Below are positions 20,180-29,974 of a DNA stretch of 64,000 nucleotides, in pieces (within the stretch, counting starts at the first letter, position 1; the number at the start of each line of letters is the position of its first letter). The position numbers and the translations under genes were made by a program. Below the pieces are notes generated by a model. It saw only the letters and a program-made list of their open reading frames with translations. It ran no database searches and had not been told where the DNA came from. The stretch lies in the IMG/VR virus record IMGVR_UViG_3300035498_000319, positions 29,314 to 93,313 of that record; one strand, 5' to 3'. This stretch comes from a virus. Lineage: Duplodnaviria; Caudoviricetes.

Positions 20180-21328
20180 TTGAGGTATTATGAAAACACA
20201 AATCCGAATAATGAAGTTGTAGCAATTCATATTGCGGATATTCACTTTGGAAGTATAGATCCTATACAGACCTATACTATTTTGGAAGAGCAATTCCTAC
20301 AGCCCATCAGTAGAATTAAGTTTGATATACTTTCTATCGATGGGGATTTATTTGACAAGAAGTTCTTAGCCAATAATATGGCTATTACTTTAGGAGTCGA
20401 GTTTATTAATCGCTGTGCTAGATTATGTAAAGAACGTCAAGCTACTCTTGTATTATTATCCGGTACAGCTTCTCATGATGCAAACCAACTATCTCTTTTC
20501 TATGGGTTAAGGCAAGATATGGAATTGGATGTCCGTATTATAGAATCGATTAGATTCGAGATTATAAAAGGACTAAAAATTCTATGTATTCCAGAAGAGT
20601 ATGGAAAGCCTATAGAGTATTATACGACTTTTCTAAGTGAGAGATACGACCAAGTGTTCTTACATGGTACCATAGTCAATTCCGTATATGGGGCTAATAA
20701 AAGAATGCTTGGTAGTAAGAGAGCCCCTGTATTTGACTTAGAATGTTTTAATGGGTGTAGAGGTCCCATTATAGCAGGTCATGTGCATAAAGCTATGTGC
20801 TTAGATGGATATATGTATTATGTCTCCAATCCAATCCGATATAGATTCGGAGAAGAAGAAGAAAAAGGATATGCTATAGTATTATCTAGCAATCAAGGGC
20901 ATTATTATAAATTCATGCCCATCGAGTCATTTCGCTATGATACTGTGAATATAAATGATATAGTCTATAATGACCCGAATGTTGTAACCGCTTATCTGGA
21001 TAATCTATTAGCTTGTGGTATAGATCATGTCCGAATAGATTTCTCTAAGAGAAATGATCCTAACACGCAGGCTATAGTCGAGAAGTATTACGCTACAAAT
21101 CCCAATGTAGTCGTAAAAAGATATAAAGCTGATACAGAGCAATCTATGTATCAGCAAGATGAATCCACTATAGATAAATATAGAGAGATGGACTTTCTCT
21201 TAGATAGCTCTATGGATGGATATACCAAATTCGTAAACTTTGTTAATCATTGTGAAGGCAAGACCATTTTGACAGTTCAACAGTTAAAAGACATCATTTC
21301 TGGAAAGGATTTCTCCGGAATATTTTGA
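20180..21328 (+). CDS. sbcD: SbcD/Mre11-like metallophosphoesterase nuclease
   Basis: ADIHFG, GDLFD, GTASHD, HG and GHVH motifs; start set to TTG after the GAGGTG RBS. Confidence 0.8.
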   Translation: MRYYENTNPNNEVVAIHIADIHFGSIDPIQTYTILEEQFLQPISRIKFDILSIDGDLFDKKFLANNMAITLGVEFINRCARLCKERQATLVLLSGTASHDANQLSLFYGLRQDMELDVRIIESIRFEIIKGLKILCIPEEYGKPIEYYTTFLSERYDQVFLHGTIVNSVYGANKRMLGSKRAPVFDLECFNGCRGPIIAGHVHKAMCLDGYMYYVSNPIRYRFGEEEEKGYAIVLSSNQGHYYKFMPIESFRYDTVNINDIVYNDPNVVTAYLDNLLACGIDHVRIDFSKRNDPNTQAIVEKYYATNPNVVVKRYKADTEQSMYQQDESTIDKYREMDFLLDSSMDGYTKFVNFVNHCEGKTILTVQQLKDIISGKDFSGIF

Positions 21329-21660
21329 GAAAGGTCGTAAAGGCAATGAAATATATCGTATACGTTCTTACAAGCAAAGTAAACAAAAATGAAAATATAT
21401 ATTATATATTTGAAGATGCGTATGAACGCATTGTAGATATTAGACCTGTTTTCCATCATTGCATAGAAATGATGGAAAAGTCAATGCCTGCCATATATAG
21501 AAACATAAATGATTATGAAATAAAGAGGAAAATTATGACTGATAAAGAAGTCTCAAGACTAGAAAGGTATTATTCCATCTCTAGTAAGAGAGATGGGCAT
21601 AGAGGTTTCGATACGACCGTAATGCCTAAGTTAAAGATAAATCGAAATATAGAATATTGA
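21325..21660 (+). CDS. hypothetical protein
   Basis: ORF filling the gap after sbcD. Confidence 0.55.
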   Translation: MRKVVKAMKYIVYVLTSKVNKNENIYYIFEDAYERIVDIRPVFHHCIEMMEKSMPAIYRNINDYEIKRKIMTDKEVSRLERYYSISSKRDGHRGFDTTVMPKLKINRNIEY

Positions 21661-21725
21661 CAAAAAATATACCTGAAACATATTAATACCAGAAGAAAAT
21701 TCTGACTGAAGAGGAGGACAGAATT

Positions 21726-23537
21726 ATGGATTACGATAGAAAGAGTCGTTATGACTCTCAGCTACAAAAGAAAGAGAAAACTGATATCATTGATATAGCA
21801 GTAGATCTACATACGTTAGATCTCTTTTGTAAGATGGTTGTGTCTACTAGTAAATATATTAGACATGCTAACTTAGTAAATATTTCAAAATTCATTTCTA
21901 TAGTAAACCCTGAAAGATATAGAAATGATCCAGAGAAAGCAAAGCGGATAAATTTTATTAAGAAAGGTTTAGAAGCAAGAATAGGGTTAAACATCATCGA
22001 TCCATATCTTATCGTACAGCATATCAATGGTGGAGTTATTGTAGACGATGGAATCGTCGATTTAGATAACTTCGAGGATATTCCTGCGGCAGAACTCGAA
22101 TTCATCAATATGATGGTTTCGCAGACTTTGAATTATGCCTCGATCTATACGAGCGTAGACAAGATTATGGATGTATGCACAAGATTTAAATCGGGAGAAT
22201 ATAGCAATAGAGGTGAAATTGTAGAAGATATTAAGAATACTCTAAATGGAGTACAGAATGAATTTCGAAGAAATAGAAATAAAGATCGCATGGATATGAT
22301 ATTTAGTCTAAGAGACGAAATCTTTGACGAATCAATTAGAGAGACCTATAATAGAGCGGCAAGCCCTAAGAGAAAACTCTGCACTGGAATGCAGGGTATG
22401 AATGAACTTCTTGGCGGTGGATTTGAGCCAGGAAGAGTATATGTCTATTTTGGACTTCCAGGTGAAGGTAAGAGCGCAACAATCCTAAATCTAATGTATC
22501 AAATTAAGAAGTATAATTGCAGTTATCAATGCAAAGATCCAACTAAACGTCCATGTATTGTAATGCTTACAATGGAAAACTCAGTAGAAGAAACCATTGA
22601 AAGATTGTTTGGCATTGCAACTGGTAGACCGAAAATGACAGATTTTGATGCTGATACTGCTATCAATATTCTTAAAACGGAGGGAAGATTAAATTTAACT
22701 CCTGAAGACCCGATAGATATTATCATTCAGTATAAGCCAACCAATTCTGTAGATACAAGTTATCTTTATACTCTTTCAGATGATCTTGAAGATCAAGGTT
22801 ATGAGGTAATTGCATTCTTTCAGGATTATATTGGACGTATTAGATCTACACAGCATTACACCGATATTCGCCTAGAATACGGTATGGTTGTAGACGACTT
22901 TAAAGTATTCTCCCAATTTAAAGATATTCCCGTCATTACTGTGTCTCAGTTAAATAGAGATGCAAGCCAAAAGATTGATGATGGGAAACGCGCTAGTAGG
23001 ACAGACTTAGTGCGTATTCTAGGAAGAAGCAATATCAGTGAATCAATGATGCTACTTAATAATTCAGATGGTTGTTTTACTATTACTCCTGAGTATACAG
23101 CAGAAGGCAAGAAATATCTTGGAGTACAGAGAATTAAGAAGAGATATGAAGCTAGTTCGCTCGACTGTATCTTCTTGCCGTTCTCTAATCCTAATAGTAT
23201 TAAACTTCTCGAAGATTTTGGCTCTGAGCCTGTATTTAAGAAGACTTTGAGAACTCAGATGAATACTCAGTCTAATCCTTCTACTGGTACTGGATTTAAG
23301 ATGAATGAAGTGAAAGACTTTGAAAAGTCTAAATCCCTTAATCATACACCCGTATTTAATACATCTATCTATAGTGCTAATACTATAGATTCTATTCAAG
23401 ATTTCGTACCTTTGATCGATCCTATGGTGTTTTATGAGAAACCAAAGATGGTAATTCCGTTATCATCTGCAATGATCGATCCTATTGCATTTAAACCGAG
23501 AAATCAACAACTCATCGATCCGATGGTTTTTTATTAA
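21726..23537 (+). CDS. dnaB: DnaB-like replicative helicase
   Basis: TG...MNELLGGGF, Walker A GLPGEGKS, TMEN, QDY and SQLNR motifs. Confidence 0.9.
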   Translation: MDYDRKSRYDSQLQKKEKTDIIDIAVDLHTLDLFCKMVVSTSKYIRHANLVNISKFISIVNPERYRNDPEKAKRINFIKKGLEARIGLNIIDPYLIVQHINGGVIVDDGIVDLDNFEDIPAAELEFINMMVSQTLNYASIYTSVDKIMDVCTRFKSGEYSNRGEIVEDIKNTLNGVQNEFRRNRNKDRMDMIFSLRDEIFDESIRETYNRAASPKRKLCTGMQGMNELLGGGFEPGRVYVYFGLPGEGKSATILNLMYQIKKYNCSYQCKDPTKRPCIVMLTMENSVEETIERLFGIATGRPKMTDFDADTAINILKTEGRLNLTPEDPIDIIIQYKPTNSVDTSYLYTLSDDLEDQGYEVIAFFQDYIGRIRSTQHYTDIRLEYGMVVDDFKVFSQFKDIPVITVSQLNRDASQKIDDGKRASRTDLVRILGRSNISESMMLLNNSDGCFTITPEYTAEGKKYLGVQRIKKRYEASSLDCIFLPFSNPNSIKLLEDFGSEPVFKKTLRTQMNTQSNPSTGTGFKMNEVKDFEKSKSLNHTPVFNTSIYSANTIDSIQDFVPLIDPMVFYEKPKMVIPLSSAMIDPIAFKPRNQQLIDPMVFY

Positions 23538-23571
23538 TAGATTATCTAGGAGGATTATATCCTCCTAGATT

Positions 23572-23991
23572 TTAGCTTCCGCCATATGTAGTATTATACA
23601 CTTTAATACTATCTATTTCGGAATTATAAATATAGCTCATAAGCTGAGACATATAATCTCTACTAAGCATAAGGAAAGTCCTCTTATTAAATTCTTTTAC
23701 ATCAGCCATATCGTTGATTAGAAGAATTACAAAATATAATTCAGGATTTCCATATATATTATAGCAGAGAAGTTTCGGCTTATACATATACTTTCTATAT
23801 TCATCATCACTGAGTTTAACGGTTACACATAAAGATCTAATCTCATCCATGTAGTCATTGATTACATCGAGAATAGATACTTGCGTACCATTGGACATAG
23901 TTTCAAGAAAGGAGAATGACTTGTATGATAGAGAAGTATTAGAAGCAGAAGAGACGAACTCCTCGATAGTAGTTGTATTCTTAGGTAGCAA
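23572..23991 (-). CDS. baseplate wedge protein (T4 gp53/LysM-like)
   Basis: YKPKLLCYNIYGNPELYFVILLIN pattern. Confidence 0.6.
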   Translation of the reverse strand: MLPKNTTTIEEFVSSASNTSLSYKSFSFLETMSNGTQVSILDVINDYMDEIRSLCVTVKLSDDEYRKYMYKPKLLCYNIYGNPELYFVILLINDMADVKEFNKRTFLMLSRDYMSQLMSYIYNSEIDSIKVYNTTYGGS

Positions 23992-24109
23992 TTCTATATG
24001 CCTCCTTTAGATAATTATCAGGGGTTTAACTCTAAATTAATTTATAGTTTTATCTTGCACTTTCCAAGGAGGTGCAGGGGATAATTTTATTTAGAAGGAG
24101 ATATTTCAC

Positions 24110-24631
24110 ATGGATGAATTATCAAGAAAGTTTAATAATATGCTTATGTCTGAGGTCGGTTTTGATATCGACAAGACTGGTCATATTGTAGATCAAGATA
24201 CTGGAGAGAAAGTACAGTTTAGCGAAAGGGATCTGGTTGCTTATGGAACTGGGATGCATTATCCTAAAGGGTCTGTAGAAGAGTTTGATCCCTATAATAG
24301 TAGCAAAATGATGTCTCAAACTTTCTCCTACTATATGGAGAAACTCCAAGAAAGTGGAGAAGTTCCGCACTATAACATCATGTACAATGTAGATGATGAC
24401 GATAATAAAGCAAGATTCGAGATTAAGAATGAAGACAGTAAGCTGGTATCTAAGGGATATCTGAGAGATCAATGCAGATATGCCGATATTATTCTTCAGC
24501 TTAATGGAGAACCTGAGCCTGATCTTAGCGAATTTGATATTCCTAAAGCGGTTCAAATCGCTAATCAGAAAAAAGAAGTTAAGAAGAAATATGATAAGAA
24601 GAAGAAAGAGATTAAGAAGAAGACTAAGTAA
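24110..24631 (+). CDS. hypothetical protein with Lys-rich tail
   Basis: AAGGAG RBS; 173 aa. Confidence 0.75.
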   Translation: MDELSRKFNNMLMSEVGFDIDKTGHIVDQDTGEKVQFSERDLVAYGTGMHYPKGSVEEFDPYNSSKMMSQTFSYYMEKLQESGEVPHYNIMYNVDDDDNKARFEIKNEDSKLVSKGYLRDQCRYADIILQLNGEPEPDLSEFDIPKAVQIANQKKEVKKKYDKKKKEIKKKTK

Positions 24632-24645
24632 AGAGAGGAAAAGCT

Positions 24646-24894
24646 ATGTATAGTACGAAAACTGTAATAAAGCAAATTGATGAATTCATTGAGGCCAACT
24701 TCGATAAGGAGAATTACAAAGTCGAAGTTAATGAATATATAAGACATGTCTTAGCGAATATCGATCGTCCCGACATTGATATCTATAGAAAGATGATATG
24801 GGACTATGTAAACTTTAAGGAGCACATGAAAGAAGAGGAGGCTAGGAAGTATGAATATAGAGCTGAATCAGAAACAGTTGGAGATTGTAACTAA
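24646..24894 (+). CDS. hypothetical protein
   Basis: GAGG RBS; within operon. Confidence 0.6.
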   Translation: MYSTKTVIKQIDEFIEANFDKENYKVEVNEYIRHVLANIDRPDIDIYRKMIWDYVNFKEHMKEEEARKYEYRAESETVGDCN

Positions 24895-26071
24895 AGCAGT
24901 TACTTGGTTCTTCTCTGGTTCAGAACAGGTCTTCCAGTTTTCTGGAGGACCTGGTACTGGAAAGTCTGTTGTGCTGAATGCTATAGTAGATGCTATAGCA
25001 GCTAAGAGAAAAATCAATGTTGCTCCTATGGCTTATACGGGAGCGGCGGCAATCGTAATGAGAATGAAGGGCATGCCTAATGCTCGTACTATTCATTCTT
25101 GGTTATACGTCTGTGTAGAAGACGTTATGCTCGATGATATGGGACAACCTATCATGGACAAATACTTCAATGTACCTGTTACTAGAACGAGATTTGTTAG
25201 AAACGATGAAGAGTTGGCTAATATAGATCTCATAGTGATAGATGAAGGAGGAATGGTTCCATTAGAGATGAAGGATGATCTCCTAGCAATAGGAAAGAAA
25301 ATCCTAGTGGCTGGAGACATTAATCAGATTCCTCCTATAACGGGATCATCTGCTTTCCTTACTACAGGAAGAGTAGAGATTCTTACAGAGATAATGAGAC
25401 AAGCAGAGAACTCTGCTATTGTATATTTATCTCAAAGAGCACTTCATGGATTACCTATTCATTTAGGTAACTATGGAGATTGCTTAGTCATTCAAGAGCA
25501 TGAGCTTACAATGGAGATGCTCGCTTATGCTAATATCATTCTCTGTGGAACCAATAATACAAGAGAAAAATATAATCGGTTCTATAGACGAGAAATTATG
25601 CATTGCGAAGGTCCATTACCTCATATGGGAGAGAAGTTAATCTGTAGAAAGAATAACTGGACTCTTCAAGCTGGAGGAATTAATCTAACCAATGGAATGT
25701 CTGGTATAGTGATTAATGAACCCGATGTAAGAAGCTTTAAGGATAAGCTATTTACAATAGACTTTAATCCTGTATTGACTAACTGCCCTTTCTATGATAT
25801 AGAGGTAGACTATGAATATTTCATAGCTCCTTTTAATAGAAAGCAGGAGTTAAAGATGTTAAGAAGACCAAAGCAAGCTAATCAGTTTGATTTTGGTTAT
25901 GCTCAAACGGTTCACACTTCTCAGGGTTCTCAATGGAATACTGGTATTTATATTGAAGAACCTATGAGAGATATGAATAAATTAAACTATACGGCTATAT
26001 CAAGATTCTCTAAAGCTTGTATAATCGTAAAAAACAATGCTAAATATTATACTGGAGGTAATTTATTATGA
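24851..26071 (+). CDS. SF1B (Dda/RecD-like) helicase
   Basis: GGPGTGKS, TIHS, IDEGGMV, GDINQIPP, RQ and TVHTSQGSQW motifs. Confidence 0.9.
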   Translation: MNIELNQKQLEIVTKAVTWFFSGSEQVFQFSGGPGTGKSVVLNAIVDAIAAKRKINVAPMAYTGAAAIVMRMKGMPNARTIHSWLYVCVEDVMLDDMGQPIMDKYFNVPVTRTRFVRNDEELANIDLIVIDEGGMVPLEMKDDLLAIGKKILVAGDINQIPPITGSSAFLTTGRVEILTEIMRQAENSAIVYLSQRALHGLPIHLGNYGDCLVIQEHELTMEMLAYANIILCGTNNTREKYNRFYRREIMHCEGPLPHMGEKLICRKNNWTLQAGGINLTNGMSGIVINEPDVRSFKDKLFTIDFNPVLTNCPFYDIEVDYEYFIAPFNRKQELKMLRRPKQANQFDFGYAQTVHTSQGSQWNTGIYIEEPMRDMNKLNYTAISRFSKACIIVKNNAKYYTGGNLL

Positions 26072-26664
26072 GTAACGAGAATGAGAAGGTATTGGTTGAC
26101 CCTATGTCTTTTAAGCCTGGTTCTGAATTTTCAGACCAGAAACCTGAGAAGACATTCGGAGTGGACATGATTCCGGATAAGGACGTAGAGAAGAAGACTT
26201 ATATTCTTCTTCTGAAGCTTGAGGATTATATCACTGATCTGGAGACAGATGAGTGTGGTATCTTCGTAGTATGTGAAGGAAGAACTGCCGCGTATCGGAT
26301 GATTGAAAACTATCTCCAGAGATATGGAGCTTCTGTTTTCAATGTATATGATTCTCGGATTCTTACCGAGACAAAGCAGACCAACTCTAAGACCAATAAG
26401 AGAGAGTACTTTATGATTAACTACGATAAAGCTATCTCTGTCTATGGGTTCTGCAAGACGGTAGAAGGATTCTATGGAAAGATGGGATTCTCTATTGATG
26501 AATATGTAGATGACTCTGAAGCTTATGAAGGCTCTGAGTTAGAAGCTGAGGATAATGAAGTAGCTTCTGAAGATGATGAAGCTATGAATTACTTCAAGGC
26601 TCATGCTACAGATGAAGTAGGTCAAGTGCCTCTCGACTATGATGGTGAAGGCCAAAATGTATGA
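26068..26664 (+). CDS. hypothetical protein with acidic tail
   Basis: GGAGGT RBS; ATGA overlap with the helicase gene. Confidence 0.75.
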   Translation: MSNENEKVLVDPMSFKPGSEFSDQKPEKTFGVDMIPDKDVEKKTYILLLKLEDYITDLETDECGIFVVCEGRTAAYRMIENYLQRYGASVFNVYDSRILTETKQTNSKTNKREYFMINYDKAISVYGFCKTVEGFYGKMGFSIDEYVDDSEAYEGSELEAEDNEVASEDDEAMNYFKAHATDEVGQVPLDYDGEGQNV

Positions 26665-26722
26665 CAATTATATATTATAGTAATGATCCACATGGATATA
26701 ATATATGAAAGGAGAATACAAA

Positions 26723-27160
26723 ATGGATCAACGACAAAAACCACAAAGAAGACCTACTAGAGGTCCTCATTATTCTAATCCTGATCCCATGTCTAATGTA
26801 AGAGACATGGGACGGTATGGCATACGGGTGATGCGGGATATAGCCAAGGGGAAGTTCAACTTCTTCAATGATGGGCATATATTCCGCAATCTCGACTTTG
26901 TCAAAGCTACTATGAAGGAGGTCGAGAAAGAGCTTCTTAGAGCGAATATTCATGTTACCGCTATGCAGTATACTTACGGCAATAGCGATAACCCTGATGT
27001 TCAAGGAGTGCTCATGGCTGATATGAGAAGAGTAGAAGGATGGACTCTTGTTTACAATCAGCTCATGAGTGTTCTCAATAATGCTGTAGATGGGAATGGA
27101 GATTCTCGATTTATAGCTCCTTTGTTAAAGGAATTACAGAGATATAAGAATTCTCTGTAA
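26723..27160 (+). CDS. hypothetical protein
   Basis: Early motif; AAGGAG RBS before ATG 26723. Confidence 0.7.
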   Translation: MDQRQKPQRRPTRGPHYSNPDPMSNVRDMGRYGIRVMRDIAKGKFNFFNDGHIFRNLDFVKATMKEVEKELLRANIHVTAMQYTYGNSDNPDVQGVLMADMRRVEGWTLVYNQLMSVLNNAVDGNGDSRFIAPLLKELQRYKNSL

Positions 27161-27253
27161 GAGAACATATCAGTAGAGCATCAGCTTATGGGTCTATAGA
27201 GATTAAATGCTCTATAGACCCAATTTTATTTTTTATAAAGGAGGAATTTTTTT

Positions 27254-28579
27254 ATGACTGTCGATCAGGTAAACTATCTGAAGGAACAGTTGAATGCGGA
27301 AAAGAGCGACGGTAAGATGGTCGCTAATTCTACATACTATGTCGGTAATGATGGTGTAACCATCAGAAACAATAACGACTTTGTTATCTTCGATAATGAC
27401 CATGAAATGCTTCATTGCATCGCAGCAAATCCGAATAGCTATGTTAAGGATGAGACTCCTTATACAATGTATAGCATGGGCTATGATAACATCAATCTCA
27501 CAGAAGCTAATCTGAACTTTGAAGGTCTGACTATTCTACTTGATGGAATGCTCAAGGATCTTGTAAGTGAGGATCAGAAGAATCTGATTGTTAAGTGGGC
27601 TCAGCATCTGCCTAGTCTGCCTCTATCTCCTGCTGTCAGCACAGGCTACTATAATAATGTACCTGAGGTTAGACGCAAGGCTCTAGTTGCAGATAAGGTA
27701 GTAGATGTAACTAAGATTGGTGCAGGAGCTACTTCGACTTCTATTAAGTCTATTAGTGTCGCTGAACTGACTGAGTTCCTGTCTACTATGTCTGAAGGCT
27801 CTTCTATTATCCTTCAGAAGACCAATAGTGGAGTAACTGATACTCTTGCCATTGGTACTGATAATGTAACTATCAATGGTGGTAAGAATACTCTGTCTAA
27901 TGCTATTACTATTACTGGTAATGGTGTAACTCTGACAGATGCTACTATCACCAATGGATCTATTACCGATACGAGCAATTCTGCTCATATGCTGGTTATT
28001 AGCGGTGATGATACAGTTGTTAAGAACTGCACTATTACAGATGCAAATACTAAGATGAGAACCGCTATTATTATGAATTCTCATACTGCTACGTTTGAGA
28101 ATTGCACATTTAGCGGTAATGCTCAAATCTATAATAGCTTTGAGGCTTCTCAGTCTGTAGATGGTAAGATCAAGTCTATTGCTTTTAAGAACTGCTCGTT
28201 CTCCTCGGATGCTTGCACAAACAACAATGTCTCCATGTACCAGTTTGAAGATGGGGCTACAGTGCTGTTTGAGAACTGCAAGTTTGTCTGTGCTAAGAAC
28301 AATAATGCAGTACGTCTGTCTAACTATAGCAATGCTAAGGTCAATATCATCTTTAACAACTGCGAATACTCTACGGTTGAAGCTGGAGAGTGGTCTGGAC
28401 TGCTTCTGCTCCAGAATATCCATTCTGGAGAAGATACAGAGGACTTTGGCCTGTTCACTATCAACTTCAAGAATCTCCATAAGCCGAATGGTAATAAGTA
28501 TACCTCTAATGGTACTGGCATTAACCGTATCTGGTATACCTATAACTCTGAGACTGTCCCGAATGTAAACTTCTCTTAA
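27254..28579 (+). CDS. protein with C-terminal right-handed beta-helix (pectin-lyase-like fold)
   Basis: Repeated (F/V)xNCxF/I and TITG patterns; AAGGAGG RBS. Confidence 0.7.
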   Translation: MTVDQVNYLKEQLNAEKSDGKMVANSTYYVGNDGVTIRNNNDFVIFDNDHEMLHCIAANPNSYVKDETPYTMYSMGYDNINLTEANLNFEGLTILLDGMLKDLVSEDQKNLIVKWAQHLPSLPLSPAVSTGYYNNVPEVRRKALVADKVVDVTKIGAGATSTSIKSISVAELTEFLSTMSEGSSIILQKTNSGVTDTLAIGTDNVTINGGKNTLSNAITITGNGVTLTDATITNGSITDTSNSAHMLVISGDDTVVKNCTITDANTKMRTAIIMNSHTATFENCTFSGNAQIYNSFEASQSVDGKIKSIAFKNCSFSSDACTNNNVSMYQFEDGATVLFENCKFVCAKNNNAVRLSNYSNAKVNIIFNNCEYSTVEAGEWSGLLLLQNIHSGEDTEDFGLFTINFKNLHKPNGNKYTSNGTGINRIWYTYNSETVPNVNFS

Positions 28580-28805
28580 GCATATAACTAAAAGGTACAT
28601 GAAATTCATCATGTACCTTTATCTTTATTTTGGCCAAAGTTATAAAATATACCAGACTAAACTTAAAGATAATTGTATATTATAATAGCGAACAAGGAAT
28701 AGAATGCATGCCAAAAGCATGTAGTTAGCAATACCCTATTATACTGGATGTATTAGGCAAGCATTTAAAATTCTGAGTATCAAAATAAATCAGGAGGAGT
28801 AAAGT

Positions 28806-29675
28806 ATGTATTACCAGAATCCGTATCAAAATCCTTATAACCCCTACGGGGCCATGTATGGCCAGGGCGTCCAACAGATGCCAAAGGCAAAAAATACGCA
28901 GCCCCTTACGCCGGAAATGATTAGTCAGTTGAGAACTAATAATTCGACACTGACGATTGAGGTTCCGAAAGAGGACCTTTGGCGTGCCGCATGCACGCAT
29001 AAGGAGACTGATGGACGCTCTGCCTTGTCCGAGGTCGAGGTCCTCAGCAACGGAGAACGTAAAGTTCGCTGCTCTATTTGCGGTGAAGAATTTATTCTCA
29101 CCAATGTAACAGAAAAGGACGTCGAGGATGCAGTTAATACAATTATTAACTATTTGCAAACTTCAAAAACTCTTTATCTGGATGCACCGGAGAAGCTGAT
29201 CACACAATATTACCAGATGATCCCGCTTCTCAAGAAATTGCCCCAGCTTTATACACGGGCAGTGCAAAATTTCGACATGTACGATAATGCACTGAACCAG
29301 CCAAACTATTATGGTGGGGCTGCAACTAATGGCTTCCAGATGATGGGGGCTATGCTGAACAATCCCTATGCTGGCTATGCTGGTTATTATCAGCCTCAGC
29401 CTGTTGGTAATCCGCAAGGTTACTATCAGCCCGGCTATATGCCTCAGCAGCCGCAACAGCAATATCCGCAAGGCTATTACCAGCCTGGATACATGCCTCA
29501 GCAGCCGCAACAGCAGGGTTATGTGCCGAATCCCGTAGGTGGTACTAACCCGTTTGCTTATGGACAGGTTCCTGCAAATACAGCAGCACCTGCTCCGGCT
29601 CCCGCAGTACCGACCCCTCCGCCTGCGGAAAATAAAAATGGGGAAATTGTACAGACCAAGAGCTATCAGGTGTAA
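28806..29675 (+). CDS. putative Zn-binding protein with Q/P/Y-rich low-complexity regions
   Basis: CTH...CSIC; N-terminal YQNPY repeats; two copies of PQGYYQPGYMPQQPQQQ. Confidence 0.8.
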   Translation: MYYQNPYQNPYNPYGAMYGQGVQQMPKAKNTQPLTPEMISQLRTNNSTLTIEVPKEDLWRAACTHKETDGRSALSEVEVLSNGERKVRCSICGEEFILTNVTEKDVEDAVNTIINYLQTSKTLYLDAPEKLITQYYQMIPLLKKLPQLYTRAVQNFDMYDNALNQPNYYGGAATNGFQMMGAMLNNPYAGYAGYYQPQPVGNPQGYYQPGYMPQQPQQQYPQGYYQPGYMPQQPQQQGYVPNPVGGTNPFAYGQVPANTAAPAPAPAVPTPPPAENKNGEIVQTKSYQV

Positions 29676-29974
29676 TTTCATCGGATAGATCAATAAAACA
29701 TTTAAAAAATACGGATGATTGCATTATCCCTGTCAGTCTATAATGGCTGACAGGGATACATTCTTTAGCATAGTTATTTGCTTTTTGTAATATTACAATC
29801 GATTGTATATTATAGTAGTGAGAAAATGAATAAGTCTAAGAATTTAACTTTTAGACCTATCCTAAACTAACCAAATTACGTTTATGTGGGAACACTAAAA
29901 TTATGAAATCGTTCTAAAAACAAATTAAAGTGAAAAGCTACATGAACTAAAAATTAAAGCGAGGTGTACTCTTT

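Noticed and set aside
20255-20275. IDPIQTY in SbcD as another copy of the peptide tag
   Set aside because: It lies immediately after the catalytic DIH motif inside the folded domain, so it was not counted.
27683-28612. Long antisense ORFs (also 11820-12644, 17288-18067, 54483-55187, 33974-34531, 29163-29693)
   Set aside because: They shadow well-supported sense genes, lack RBS and motifs, and are explained by codon bias.
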